A program made the translations under genes and the position numbers. DNA of 64,000 nucleotides, from assembly GCA_944381075.1 (NCBI GenBank), contig CALWJT010000005.1, positions 65,253 through 129,252 of the forward strand. Reading direction: 5' to 3'. The first letter of the stretch is position 1. Each line of letters starts with the position of its first letter. The DNA comes from an uncultured Clostridia bacterium. GTDB lineage: Bacteria > Bacillota > Clostridia > Oscillospirales > CAG-272. This document shows positions 1-9,469 of this stretch, piece by piece. The notes under the pieces are model-generated. The model saw nothing but the letters and a program-made list of their open reading frames with translations, ran no database searches and had not been told where the DNA came from.

Positions 1-1155
1 CGCGTGCTGCTTGTCAGACGAAGCTATCCGGAGCTTCGGGAGAATCATATCCGTCCTCTGTGCGGGATGGTCTGCGGTTCACCTCCGCTTGCCGTGTACC
101 GTGAGCGTGACAAATGCTTTGAATTTTTCTGTGGGTCGAGACTGATGCTCGGTTATCTTTCGGGACATGGAGATCTTCTCCGATACCAGGGGCAGGAATA
201 CGATGTTATCGCCATCGATGAGGCAACACAGATCGACGAGGAAATGTTTCTTGTGCTGGCGGCGTCTCTGCGCGGCGCGAACGCCTTTCCCAAGCGTATG
301 TATCTGACCTGCAATCCGGGAGGGATCGGTCATGGCTGGGTCAAGCGGCTGTTTATTGACCGTTCTTATCGGAGAGGGGAGATGCCGGAGGATTATCGGT
401 TTATCCCCGCGCTTGTGTATGACAACGAGGCGCTGATGCGAAATGACCCGGAGTATATCAAGCGGCTGGAGGCTCTCCCCGAATCACTGCGCGCCGCGTG
501 GCTCTACGGAAGCTGGGATGTTTTCTCCGGACAGTTCTTTCCGGAGTTCGACGAGACGCTTCATGTCTGCGAGCCGTTCCCGCTGCCGCGGGATGCCGCC
601 TATTACTGCGCGGTCGACTACGGACTCGATATGCTGGCGGCTCTTTTTATCGCGGTGGGCTCCGACGGCCGCGCTTATGTCTATGATGAGGTCTATGAAA
701 GCGATCTCATTGTCAGTGCGGCAGCGGCAAAGATCCGCGGGAAGCTGTCGGAGGGCGCCGTCGTCATCGCGCCGGCGGATCTATGGAGCAGAGGTCGTGA
801 CAGCGGCCGCTCTGCCGCGGAGCTGTTCGCCGAGAACGGCGTTTATTTTACAAGGATCGTACCGGACCGCGTGGACGGCTGGCTTGCGCTGAAGGAGTGG
901 CTTGCCGCGCCGAACGGAACGCCGCGTCTTATGATCTTTCGGGGATGCCGCAATCTGATTCGGTGTCTGCCACAGCTTCTGCATGACGCTCATCGTCCCG
1001 GCGACGCCGCGACGGAGCCGCACGAGATCACGCATGCACCGGATGCCCTGCGGTATTTCGCCTCCTTCCGCGGGGCGGCAGCGCGCGAGGAGAGGGGGCT
1101 TCTGCGCGGCAGAGGCTCATTTCAAAAAGGAGAAAGGAAACGATATGGGGTTTAA
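1..1155 (+). CDS. terL: Phage terminase large subunit (5' end outside window)
   Basis: Reading frame is open to the window edge. It has the Walker-B-like YDVIAIDEATQ and LTCNPGGIGHGW ATPase core plus a C-terminal nuclease-like half, and lies immediately upstream of the portal gene. Confidence 0.85.
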   Translation, partial: RVLLVRRSYPELRENHIRPLCGMVCGSPPLAVYRERDKCFEFFCGSRLMLGYLSGHGDLLRYQGQEYDVIAIDEATQIDEEMFLVLAASLRGANAFPKRMYLTCNPGGIGHGWVKRLFIDRSYRRGEMPEDYRFIPALVYDNEALMRNDPEYIKRLEALPESLRAAWLYGSWDVFSGQFFPEFDETLHVCEPFPLPRDAAYYCAVDYGLDMLAALFIAVGSDGRAYVYDEVYESDLIVSAAAAKIRGKLSEGAVVIAPADLWSRGRDSGRSAAELFAENGVYFTRIVPDRVDGWLALKEWLAAPNGTPRLMIFRGCRNLIRCLPQLLHDAHRPGDAATEPHEITHAPDALRYFASFRGAAAREERGLLRGRGSFQKGERKRYGV

Positions 1156-2845
1156 AATTTGGAAGCGTCCGGATAAGGAGCCGGCGCCGCCGTTCTCAGG
1201 GGATACCGCCTTTCGGGAGAAAAGCATTGCCGCACGGCTTTCGCAGGCAAAGGCGGCGAGGAGCGGTACGGACGCATATTGGCGCCGGATGCGCGCCTAT
1301 TATGACGGGACGCATGACACGGCAAAGCAAACCGGGGAATTTTGTGCGTCGCTCGATCTGCCGTGGAGGCCGGCGTCCGTGCCGGACGGCTATCTCCACG
1401 TGGAAAGCCAAATCGAGGCGACGCCGCCGGATTTTGAGTTTTCCGCCAGAGGAGACAGGGATGAAGCAAAGGCGGAGATAAGAGAAAGGGTAGTGCGGTA
1501 CGCTGTGCAGAATGCGGATTTCACGGCGAAAAATGCCGTCAATGAAAGGCGGCTCGGCATCTGCGGCAGCGCCGTATGGAAGCTGGCTGTCGGGCGGGGA
1601 GAGCGGGGAGGCCCGGAAATCGCCATAGAAAATCCGCCGCCGGAAACGATCTATCCGGATCCGGCAGCTGCCAGCATAGACGAATGCGAATATGTCGCCT
1701 GCGTATACCGGATGAGCGCCGCTCGTGCTGCGCGCATCTTTGCGGCGGATCTTCAAAGACTCGGACTTTCCATGGAGGATATTTTGCGGCGGAGCGTATC
1801 CGGTAAGCGGGAGGGAAGGTCTGTCATGGCGGGTGCCCTGCCCGCCGACGAGACGGTGGAGGTCACGGAGTGGTGGTTTCGTCAGCCGGAGGCGGGAGAG
1901 GCCGTCTGCGGACTTTGCGGCGACAACGGAGAGGAGACGGTGACGTACCGGTATGAACCCGGGGATATCGCGCTTTCCCTTTTGCTCGAGGGAACGGAGA
2001 TCCGGTATATCCCGAAATTTTGGACCAAGACGTCCTGCCATCAATATCCGATTGTCATATACGGAAAGATCCCGCAGGATGGTACGATCTGGGGGAAAAG
2101 CGAGCTGGAAGCGATCATTCCGCTTATCGATGCCGCCGACAGGCAGCTTGCCTTTGCTCAGCTCAATACGGCCTTTTTGTCGAACGATATTCTTGTCTAT
2201 GAGGAACATGCGTTTTCTCCGGACAGCTATCCGGAAAACCGTCCGGGCGCGATCTGGAAGCTTCGCCCCGGCATGATGGATAAGGTGAAGCGTCTCGGTG
2301 GCCTTGCCGGGGAGAACATTTCTCATTATGAGATCGCTGACCGGTACCGTGCGATGATGAAGGAGGCGCTGGGCAATTATGATTTTATGCAGGGCGACAG
2401 CTCCACGCAGGTGACGACGGCGACAGGGCTTGCGCTTCTTGGGGATTATGCGTCGCGCCGGATGCAGGCGAAGAATATCTGCAAGCGAACGGGCTTTGAG
2501 CGGCTGTACCGTCTTGTCGACCTGATGGCGCTGGAGCTTTTCGATTCGGAAAAGGTCCGTGCCATTACCGACGGGGCGGACGGGTATTCCTATGAGGGGT
2601 ATCTCGGCACGCTTGGATATGTTCCTGCCCTGGACATTGCGGTACATGTCGGGGAGGGCGTCGAAAATTCGCGTTCCTTTACGCTTTCCGCCTTGTCGGA
2701 GCTTTCGGGGCTTGCGCTTGCTCCCGAAAACTATCCGGTCGTGCGCGCATATATCAATGCGCTCGGCATTCCGGAGCGCGCCTCCTTGATCGCGGCTCTG
2801 GATGCAAAATTTTTGACGGGATCGGAGGAAACGGCACATGAATGA
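1145..2845 (+). CDS. Phage portal protein
   Basis: 566 aa. ATG at 1145 follows AAAGGAGAAAGG and overlaps the terL stop. Its size and position between terL and scaffold/capsid fit a portal. The track start at 983 lies inside terL and was rejected. Confidence 0.75.
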   Translation: MGFKIWKRPDKEPAPPFSGDTAFREKSIAARLSQAKAARSGTDAYWRRMRAYYDGTHDTAKQTGEFCASLDLPWRPASVPDGYLHVESQIEATPPDFEFSARGDRDEAKAEIRERVVRYAVQNADFTAKNAVNERRLGICGSAVWKLAVGRGERGGPEIAIENPPPETIYPDPAAASIDECEYVACVYRMSAARAARIFAADLQRLGLSMEDILRRSVSGKREGRSVMAGALPADETVEVTEWWFRQPEAGEAVCGLCGDNGEETVTYRYEPGDIALSLLLEGTEIRYIPKFWTKTSCHQYPIVIYGKIPQDGTIWGKSELEAIIPLIDAADRQLAFAQLNTAFLSNDILVYEEHAFSPDSYPENRPGAIWKLRPGMMDKVKRLGGLAGENISHYEIADRYRAMMKEALGNYDFMQGDSSTQVTTATGLALLGDYASRRMQAKNICKRTGFERLYRLVDLMALELFDSEKVRAITDGADGYSYEGYLGTLGYVPALDIAVHVGEGVENSRSFTLSALSELSGLALAPENYPVVRAYINALGIPERASLIAALDAKFLTGSEETAHE

Positions 2846-3434
2846 AGAACAAAAGGACACATTCGTTCGGGAGCAGGGGCAAAACTTCGAGGCTTCTTTG
2901 GAAAACATTTTGGAAGAGAAAAAAGAAGAGGCGCCGCCAATGCGAACGCAAACGGAAGGGAGGGAAAATCCTCCGACAGAGCCTGCAAACGACGCCGAAG
3001 CGCCGAACGGCCAGCCGGCTGGCGGGCGAGAGGCGGCCAATACAGCGGGGGGAGAAATGACAACGGATCCGCTGGTGTCCGACAGTGCTGCGGCGCCGGA
3101 CGGACAGGCGGCGAGCCTATCCGATGCGCGTCGGGCGGAGCTTGTAGCGAACCCCATGTTTATACACTTTGCGCGTGGAAGAGCCGACAGCTTGGACACC
3201 CTTCTGCAGGATTTTGAGCAAATGCTTGCTGCGGGCAGACAGGCGCAGCTCTCACGCATGGCAGCCTCTGACGCGGCGCGAGTGACGCCATGCGTCCATA
3301 CGGCAACGGCGGATATCGCACTGAGCGAACGCCAGCGTGCGCTTGCGCGCGCGGCGGGAATGAGTTACCGGGAATATTATGAGCTTGTACGCACGGTTCC
3401 CGGTTCCAATTTATTTGATCGAAAAGGAGAATAA
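2838..3434 (+). CDS. Scaffold-like acidic phage protein
   Basis: 198 aa, E/A/P-rich and low complexity. ATGAATGA overlap with the portal stop. It occupies the slot between portal and capsid. Confidence 0.5.
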   Translation: MNEEQKDTFVREQGQNFEASLENILEEKKEEAPPMRTQTEGRENPPTEPANDAEAPNGQPAGGREAANTAGGEMTTDPLVSDSAAAPDGQAASLSDARRAELVANPMFIHFARGRADSLDTLLQDFEQMLAAGRQAQLSRMAASDAARVTPCVHTATADIALSERQRALARAAGMSYREYYELVRTVPGSNLFDRKGE

Positions 3435-3437
3435 AAA

Positions 3438-4337
3438 ATGAGCAGTGATCTTTATACATGGTCGGGAGATATGTATCCTCTGGTAAAAAAGCGTTTTGAT
3501 GACCGATATGCCTCCAGGATCAATCTTATCGGCAATCTTTGCGGGATCGTAAAGCAGAACGAGCTTTCCTATGAGCTGCCCGGACTTGGCGGCTACGGGG
3601 AGCTTCCGGTCTATACCGGAGGGGAGCTTTCCTATGCGGACGGCAGCAAAAGCTTTCTTACGACGGTGACGCCGACGGAGCGGGCGCTCGCGCTCCCTGT
3701 ATCTTATAAAAGAGCGAAAATTGATATGGTAGGCGAAGCGGAAAAGGTTGGCACGAGACTTGCGGATTCCGCCTACATGACGGTACTCAGCGAATTCTAC
3801 CGCATGTTCGGCAATGCCTACACGACAAAGGGGGCGGACGGCGTTACCTGGGCGTCTGCTTCCCATCCGGTCGATACGAGTGAGGAAAGCGAAACGTTTT
3901 CCAATCTGATTACGACAGAGCTGTCCGTCGCCGCGATTTGCTCGGCGCAGTCGGCTGCCGCCGATTTCGTAACGTCGGACGGACTCCCCTTTGCCGCCAA
4001 CCTCGATCTGCTTCTGGTGTCTCCGGATTTGGAGGGGACCGCGCGGGAAATCTGCGGTGAGGATTCGCTTCTGACCCCTGTCGGCGGTGTCGGCGGGAGC
4101 GAATACGGTATGAAATATATGGTCGTCGGCGGCGGAGGCCTTGGTTTTTCCGGGAAAAAATGGGCGATTGCGGACAGCATGCTGCTGCCGGAGGTGCTGA
4201 AGCTTGTTTACATCACGGAACCGACGGTGGTTGTTTCCCCAAGAGACAATCCGCTGATGACGGATTATATCTCTTATGTGGATTTTGCATTCGGCTTCGG
4301 CGACGCAAGACCTATCATCTTTTCCAATCCTGCATAA
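3438..4337 (+). CDS. Major capsid protein candidate (Mu gpT-like style)
   Basis: 299 aa, 3 nt after the scaffold-like gene with an RBS AAAGGAGAA. The LPGLGGYGELPVY...VSYKRAKIDMVGE pattern resembles Mu-type head subunits. It is followed by a hairpin. Confidence 0.65.
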   Translation: MSSDLYTWSGDMYPLVKKRFDDRYASRINLIGNLCGIVKQNELSYELPGLGGYGELPVYTGGELSYADGSKSFLTTVTPTERALALPVSYKRAKIDMVGEAEKVGTRLADSAYMTVLSEFYRMFGNAYTTKGADGVTWASASHPVDTSEESETFSNLITTELSVAAICSAQSAAADFVTSDGLPFAANLDLLLVSPDLEGTAREICGEDSLLTPVGGVGGSEYGMKYMVVGGGGLGFSGKKWAIADSMLLPEVLKLVYITEPTVVVSPRDNPLMTDYISYVDFAFGFGDARPIIFSNPA

Positions 4338-4362
4338 CGGAACGAAGGGAGAAGCTTCTGAG

Positions 4363-4381
4363 AGGGGGAGAAAATCCCCCT
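4363..4381 (+). terminator. Short hairpin after the capsid gene (possible leaky terminator)
   Basis: AGGGGGA-gaaaa-TCCCCCT followed by only TT. Confidence 0.3.
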
Positions 4382-4400
4382 TTCGGAGAAAGGAGGGAAT

Positions 4401-4994
4401 ATGACTTATGGAGCGCTGAAAAAACGGATCGCGGCACTTCTGGACTTAGACGATGAGGCCGTGGAAACCGAGGGAAGTCTGGTTGGGATACTGAACGCGC
4501 GGATATCGCCCGCCGTTCAGGCGGTAGCGAGAAAGGTCGCCGTATATCTCGGAGGGATAGAAAAGCAGGCGACGCTTCATTTTGTCCGCGATGGGGATGC
4601 GGCGGCAGCGCCGCTGCCCTCGGACTGCGTATCTGTGATCCGCCTGCGGCGCCTCGGCAAGACCTATGGAAGAGGATCCTTTGTGACAGAGGGCAGAAGC
4701 ATAAGGCTCGTTTCCGGCAGAGCAGGCGACTATGAGCTCACCTATTATGCCTATCCGGTATTTGCCGATATGGAAGCGGATGCGGATACGGAGACCGGCC
4801 TTGACGATTTTGCGTCGGATACGATCGCCTATGGCGCGGCGGCGGAGCTTTGCTGCAGCATCTATCCCGGAGATATGACGCGGTATATGCGCCTTATCAC
4901 GGAATTTGAGGAACGCCTTGCCAATGTCCTCCCGCAGTTTGCGGAGACGGGGATAGCCGACAGTATGTTCGGCAAAGGGAGGGGGATTCTATGA
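4401..4994 (+). CDS. Head-tail adaptor/connector candidate
   Basis: 197 aa with an RBS AAAGGAGGGAAT. It is in the position of P22 gp4 or T7 gp11. No motif recognised. Confidence 0.4.
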   Translation: MTYGALKKRIAALLDLDDEAVETEGSLVGILNARISPAVQAVARKVAVYLGGIEKQATLHFVRDGDAAAAPLPSDCVSVIRLRRLGKTYGRGSFVTEGRSIRLVSGRAGDYELTYYAYPVFADMEADADTETGLDDFASDTIAYGAAAELCCSIYPGDMTRYMRLITEFEERLANVLPQFAETGIADSMFGKGRGIL

Positions 4995-6802
4995 GCTTTC
5001 GCAGCGTCCGGGAAAAGAACGGCCTTTCTGCTTCCTATTCGGAATTTTCAAAATACGATACCCCCTTTGCGTATGCCGCTTTGGAGGATTTTTCGGGCGG
5101 TATGATGATGGGGGAGATACAAGAGGGGAAAAACGCTTCGGAAATTTTCAATATGGAGCCGGTCGGAGGAGCGCTTTTTTCTACCTGCGCGCCGGCTGCG
5201 GCTTTTTCTCCGCCGCTTGCACAAGGGCCGGTCAGATTTTCCTGCTGCTTGGATGGGATCTGGCTTTTCCGCAAGGGAAACACGCTGTACGCCATGCGGG
5301 ACGGCAGCCTATCGGTCGTCGGGACTGCCGGCCAGTTCACGTCGGAGAAGACGACGGCTTATCCATATGCCGGCGGCTTTTATATCGTCGACGGCGACAT
5401 GCTGTATTTCTTGGATCGGGAATGGAATCTGACGCCGGTCGAACCGTATATCCCGACCTGCTATACGGACGTATCGGCGGATGGGTCTGTAAAAACGGAG
5501 TCCGAGAAGCCGAATTTGTTCTGCCAGTACATTGAGATCGTTCTTGCGGCAGAGGGATCCTCGACGCGGAAGATCCCGCCTGAGATCGCCTTTGATCCGT
5601 CCTATATCCGGATATGGGACCTTGCGGGCGCTGAGCTTGGGGATCCGGATTTCAATTTTGAAAACGGAGAGATCCTGTTTTTCGGCGTATACTCGAAGCA
5701 ATTCCGCATTCGGCTGAAGCTTGCGGCATCCGACGATCCGGAAAAGCTCTCCGATACCTCGCTCGGCATTTTGCGGGATGCGGTCGCATGTCCCGAAAAA
5801 ATGTATCCGCTCCGGTCCTTTGCGGGCGGCGGCTTTCTCACCTATGGCGGGGAAAACGGAATGTGGATTTCGCTGCTGATGCCGGATCCCGTGAATGGCT
5901 TTCGATATTTGACCGAGGACAATATAATAAGGATGAATTATGGGGAGACAATCACGTCGATTGCCGAATACTCCGACGGGTATCTCGTGTTTTCCGCCGG
6001 CACCGTTAAAAATATGACAGTATCCACAGGGGAAGGAGAAACGCCGGTATTCGAATTCCGGCAGTTCAAAAACGACTTTGGCTCGGATATGCCGGGCAGC
6101 GTCTGCGGATTTGATGACAAGATCCTGTTTGCCAATTCGGAGGGCGGCGTTTTTTATATCAATAAATTCGGAATAGAGGAACGGGATGTCAGCCGTCATA
6201 TTTCCGCGGGAATCGAAAAGGGAGTGCACGGCTTTTTTTCTCACACGGCCGAAGAATACGCCGCCGCATCGGCGGTATGCGCATTCGGCAAGTATATGCT
6301 GACCGTAGGCGATATCACCTATATTTGGGATTATACGGCGAAGCTGCCTGCCAGCACGCAGAGTCATGAGGATGAACGCAAAATGGTGTGGACGCTCTGC
6401 GATTCCATAAAACCTTCCTCCTATCTTGTGCAGCGGATGCGCAAGCTGTATTATGTAGACCGGACAACGGATGAGATCTGGTATCTTTCCGGCGGGACTT
6501 CCGATTCCGATGCGGCCCATCCCCGCGTTTCGACGGCAGAGAGCGATTTTGGCTTTGGCGCGGAAAAGACCATTCTCGGACTGTCGGTACGGTATCGGTC
6601 CTCGGACACGGTGACGCTGAAATTGTCCTTTGACGGTGTGCTGTCACCCTATGAATATCATTTGCCTGCCGCCGGAGCCTTTTGTACGGTATGGCTGAGG
6701 ACGCACTCCCATCGGTTTGTCAAATGTGCCGCGGTCCTTTGCTCGGAGCATTCTTTTGCGCTGGAGAGGCTTTGCTTTCGCTATTTGCCAGCAAAAACAT
6801 GA
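4991..6802 (+). CDS. Orphan 603-aa phage protein (tail hub/nozzle candidate by position only)
   Basis: ATGA overlap with the upstream gene. Long uninterrupted ORF that looks beta-strand-rich, followed by a strong terminator. No motif recognised. Confidence 0.6.
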   Translation: MSFRSVREKNGLSASYSEFSKYDTPFAYAALEDFSGGMMMGEIQEGKNASEIFNMEPVGGALFSTCAPAAAFSPPLAQGPVRFSCCLDGIWLFRKGNTLYAMRDGSLSVVGTAGQFTSEKTTAYPYAGGFYIVDGDMLYFLDREWNLTPVEPYIPTCYTDVSADGSVKTESEKPNLFCQYIEIVLAAEGSSTRKIPPEIAFDPSYIRIWDLAGAELGDPDFNFENGEILFFGVYSKQFRIRLKLAASDDPEKLSDTSLGILRDAVACPEKMYPLRSFAGGGFLTYGGENGMWISLLMPDPVNGFRYLTEDNIIRMNYGETITSIAEYSDGYLVFSAGTVKNMTVSTGEGETPVFEFRQFKNDFGSDMPGSVCGFDDKILFANSEGGVFYINKFGIEERDVSRHISAGIEKGVHGFFSHTAEEYAAASAVCAFGKYMLTVGDITYIWDYTAKLPASTQSHEDERKMVWTLCDSIKPSSYLVQRMRKLYYVDRTTDEIWYLSGGTSDSDAAHPRVSTAESDFGFGAEKTILGLSVRYRSSDTVTLKLSFDGVLSPYEYHLPAAGAFCTVWLRTHSHRFVKCAAVLCSEHSFALERLCFRYLPAKT

Positions 6803-6805
6803 AAA

Positions 6806-6840
6806 AACAGCCGGAAATCTCGTTTTCCGGCTGTTTTTTT
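6806..6840 (+). terminator. Rho-independent terminator
   Basis: AACAGCCGGAAA-tctcgt-TTTCCGGCTGTT (12-bp perfect stem) followed by a T-run. Confidence 0.9.
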
Positions 6841-6850
6841 CTTATATATG

Positions 6851-6859
6851 TGGTATAAT
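6851..6859 (+). promoter_or_regulatory. Extended -10 element (TGgTATAAT)
   Basis: TGGTATAAT read directly, about 170 nt upstream of the sigma gene. The -35 is weak. Confidence 0.35.
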
Positions 6860-7026
6860 AACCCCGAAACGTTTTATTTTTTCGACTGCGGTATCCGATA
6901 CCTCCCTTTTCCGATATGGGAGAAATCGGGGCCTCTGCGGCAAAAAACGAAGCTTCAAAAAATTTTTGATAAAAAAATGTGACCGAAGCGCAGGTCCATG
7001 CGTTTTACATACAGGAGGACAAAAAA

Positions 7027-7524
7027 GTGATCTTATCCAGGGACAGCAAAACGCTTCTCGAGGCGGCATATGACAAATATGCCAATATGCTGTATCGACT
7101 GGCATTCTCCCACCTGCAAAGACGGGAAGATGCGGAAGATGCGGTTCAGGATGTTTTCACCAAATATATGAATACATCCCCCCGGTTTACCGATGACGAG
7201 CACGAGCGCGCATGGCTTGTCAGGGTGACCGTGAATCGCTGCCACGATATGCTGCGCCGCGGAAAAATCCGCGAGCATGATTCCCTTGATGATATTTCCG
7301 ACTTGCCTGAACAGGCGGATGGAACGGCAAACAGCGTGCTGCGCGCGGTGTTTGCGCTTCCGGAGAAATATAAGACGGCGATCACCCTTCACTATTTAGA
7401 AGGATTTTCCGTCGAGGAAATCTCATCGATGCTTGGAATATCATTGTCCGCAGTAAAAATGCGTCTGTCCCGGGGAAGGGAACTCTTGAAAGACTTGCTT
7501 GATAAGGAGGAGAATTATGTTTGA
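7027..7524 (+). CDS. ECF-type sigma-70 family RNA polymerase sigma factor
   Basis: Region-2-like EDAEDAVQDVFTKY..RAWLVRVTVNRCHDMLRR and region-4 HTH GFSVEEISSMLGISLSAVKMRLSRGR. GTG at 7027 lies 8 nt after AGGAGG. The track start at 6979 is less likely. Confidence 0.85.
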   Translation: MILSRDSKTLLEAAYDKYANMLYRLAFSHLQRREDAEDAVQDVFTKYMNTSPRFTDDEHERAWLVRVTVNRCHDMLRRGKIREHDSLDDISDLPEQADGTANSVLRAVFALPEKYKTAITLHYLEGFSVEEISSMLGISLSAVKMRLSRGRELLKDLLDKEENYV

Positions 7525-8110
7525 CAAAAAAGTCGTCGACGCCTATCAGAATATCAAGGCGCCGGATGAATTGAAAGAAAAAGTTTTGTCATCGTGCGCA
7601 GCTTCCAAGGCGCGGGAGAGAAAAAGCCTTATGAAGAACATGAAGCTTCTTTCCTCTCTTGCGGCATGCCTGATTCTTGCCGTTGCGTTCTCTGTCTTTG
7701 CCATGCGTAGCTCCGGTGGAGTTTCCGTGTCCGTCAGAGGAAGGGCACTTGCGTCCGAGCCTGTAGAATTGTCCGAACTCAACATCAGCCCCGCGCTGTA
7801 TTCCGCAGAGCCGAGAGCTTTTTATGAAGCGGATGTTCCGGTGGAAGTCAGGGTGACCGGAAATACGCGGATTTCCGTATCGGACGGCACGATGCAGATC
7901 AGTGACGCCGATACGGGCGAGGTGCTCTTTACCGGATCGGAGTTTACGACAGAAAAGGATGTTTTGATCCACTGGATTGTAAACAACGTTGCGCAGACGG
8001 AGCAGTTTGAAATGCTCATCGAAAGCCATAAGGAGGATTTTGTCCTTATACTGAGCTACGATGAGAACACGGGGCGATGGACAATCTGCGAAGAAACCAT
8101 AACGGATTGA
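7517..8110 (+). CDS. Single-pass membrane protein, putative anti-sigma factor
   Basis: ATG at 7517 overlaps the sigma stop. One TM helix (LLSSLAACLILAVAFSVFA). No zinc-finger motif. Confidence 0.5.
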   Translation: MFDKKVVDAYQNIKAPDELKEKVLSSCAASKARERKSLMKNMKLLSSLAACLILAVAFSVFAMRSSGGVSVSVRGRALASEPVELSELNISPALYSAEPRAFYEADVPVEVRVTGNTRISVSDGTMQISDADTGEVLFTGSEFTTEKDVLIHWIVNNVAQTEQFEMLIESHKEDFVLILSYDENTGRWTICEETITD

Positions 8111-8127
8111 CAGGGAGGAATAGGGGA

Positions 8128-8766
8128 ATGACCAAACTCTTTGCGCTCATACTTGCTGCAGCCTTGATGCTTGTTTTTGTATCCTGCGGCAATACGGGAA
8201 ATGAGCAGACGACGGGCGGACCGGCAAAGACGGAAGGTACGGAAAGTACGACGGCGTCCGAAGCTACGTCTGAAGAGGCGGAGTCCACAGGTGAGACGCC
8301 GGCGCCGGAGCAGACGACGGGACCTGCGGATACCGAGGAGGAGCCGGACGAGCTTTCCGGCTTGATCGAGGACATTTACGAGATCCAGCCGACGGGATTC
8401 ATGGTAATCACCGAGGAGCTGAGCCTTGACGACCCGGAGATGCTGAAAATGCAGACAGGGATTTCGGACGGTTCGAAGGTCGACAAGATCTATATGTCGG
8501 AGGGGATGCGGGCCACGGCATATTCGCTTATCTTAGTCCGTGTGAAGGACGAGGCGGATGCCGAGGATATTGCAAACGAAATGCTGGACGGCGTGGATCC
8601 GAACAAATGGATCTGCGTGGGTGCGGACGATATCCGCGTCGGCGTTTCGGGAGATATCGTGATGCTTGTGATGGCGAAATCCTCTTATGACGTGACGGCG
8701 GACGATATTTTGGATGCGTTCCGCACGGTCTGCGGCGGCAAGCTCGACCTTGAGCTGGAGAACTGA
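8128..8766 (+). CDS. Lipoprotein paralog 1
   Basis: Signal peptide with lipobox FVSCG, a T/E/P-rich linker, and a conserved C-terminal domain (VRVKDEADAEDIANEM..KWICV). Confidence 0.8.
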   Translation: MTKLFALILAAALMLVFVSCGNTGNEQTTGGPAKTEGTESTTASEATSEEAESTGETPAPEQTTGPADTEEEPDELSGLIEDIYEIQPTGFMVITEELSLDDPEMLKMQTGISDGSKVDKIYMSEGMRATAYSLILVRVKDEADAEDIANEMLDGVDPNKWICVGADDIRVGVSGDIVMLVMAKSSYDVTADDILDAFRTVCGGKLDLELEN

Positions 8767-8794
8767 TCAACCAAACAAAAAGGAGTTTTGAGAA

Positions 8795-9430
8795 ATGAAA
8801 AAGATACTTGCCCTCATTCTTGCAGGGATGATGATTTTTGCGCTTGCCTCCTGCGGCAATACGGAAAACAATGAAACGACAAAGGCGCCTGAGAAAACAG
8901 AGAACACGACGGGAACGACCGCGACGACGGGCGGGACGGAAGAGCCGGAGGACACGACGGCTCCTGAGAATACGACCACCGGTACGCCGGAGGAGCCGGA
9001 AGATCCGGAAGGGCTTGCCGATACGCTGACGGGGATCATCGATCAGATTTACGAAAAGCATCCTGTCACAGGCATGATGAGCTCGGAGGTGGATCTTTCC
9101 GACGCGGAAATGCTGAAGCATCAGACCGGCATTGAAAGCGGCTCTTTGGTGGAGGAAGCGTATGTTTCCGGGCCTATGATGACTTCTGTTGCCTATGAGA
9201 TGGTTATCGTTCGTGTGAAGGATGCGGCGGACGCGGAAACCATTGCCAATGAGATGCAGAAAAATGCCGATCCCGGAAAATGGATCTGCGTGCGTGCAGA
9301 GGCCGTTCAGATCGGAGTGTCCGGCGATATCATCGTGATGGTGATGACCTCGGAGGAGGAGGCGACGGCTCTTATCACGGCTTTCACTGAACTGTGCGGC
9401 GGAGAGTTGGATCTGTTTCTCGAGCAATAA
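8795..9430 (+). CDS. Lipoprotein paralog 2
   Basis: Lipobox LASCG, a T/E/P-rich linker, and VRVKDAADAETIANEM..KWICV. Confidence 0.85.
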   Translation: MKKILALILAGMMIFALASCGNTENNETTKAPEKTENTTGTTATTGGTEEPEDTTAPENTTTGTPEEPEDPEGLADTLTGIIDQIYEKHPVTGMMSSEVDLSDAEMLKHQTGIESGSLVEEAYVSGPMMTSVAYEMVIVRVKDAADAETIANEMQKNADPGKWICVRAEAVQIGVSGDIIVMVMTSEEEATALITAFTELCGGELDLFLEQ

Positions 9431-9469
9431 AAACAATGAATTTATCACTGTATAAGGAGATTTGAAACC

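Larger units (their letters stand above)
1..6840 (+). mobile_element. Partial prophage-like structural module (terL to tail-hub candidate), right end at a terminator
   Basis: Six tightly packed or overlapping co-oriented genes in the podovirus order. Host-like genes follow after the 6806-6840 terminator. Confidence 0.6.

Noticed and set aside
983-1144. N-terminal extensions suggested by the ORF track. Examples: portal from 983, rhamnosidase from 20892, NTase from 20877, ATPase from 21617, uvrA-like from 31453, dnaE from 35377, murB from 37241, glgP from 47147.
   Set aside because: The extensions overlap upstream genes or promoters and read as Arg-rich junk. Internal ATG/GTG codons with good Shine-Dalgarno spacing give family-typical N-termini.
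1196-3259. 687-aa antisense ORF opposite the portal gene. Similar long shadow ORFs occur at 5309-6520, 11776-12888, 13665-15308, 33650-35263, 40877-42361, 54901-56043, 56157-57440 and 62880-63956.
   Set aside because: Each lies opposite a gene with clear family motifs. Their translations are Arg/Pro/Gly-rich low-complexity sequence, typical of stop-poor antisense frames in GC-rich DNA, and none has a plausible RBS.
6860-7026. Possible ECF-type autoregulatory promoter (GAAAC ... CGAC-like spacing) and a GGTATCCGATACC palindrome upstream of the sigma gene.
   Set aside because: The hexamers are too degenerate to call without a known consensus for this sigma group. Only the extended -10 element is reported, at low confidence.
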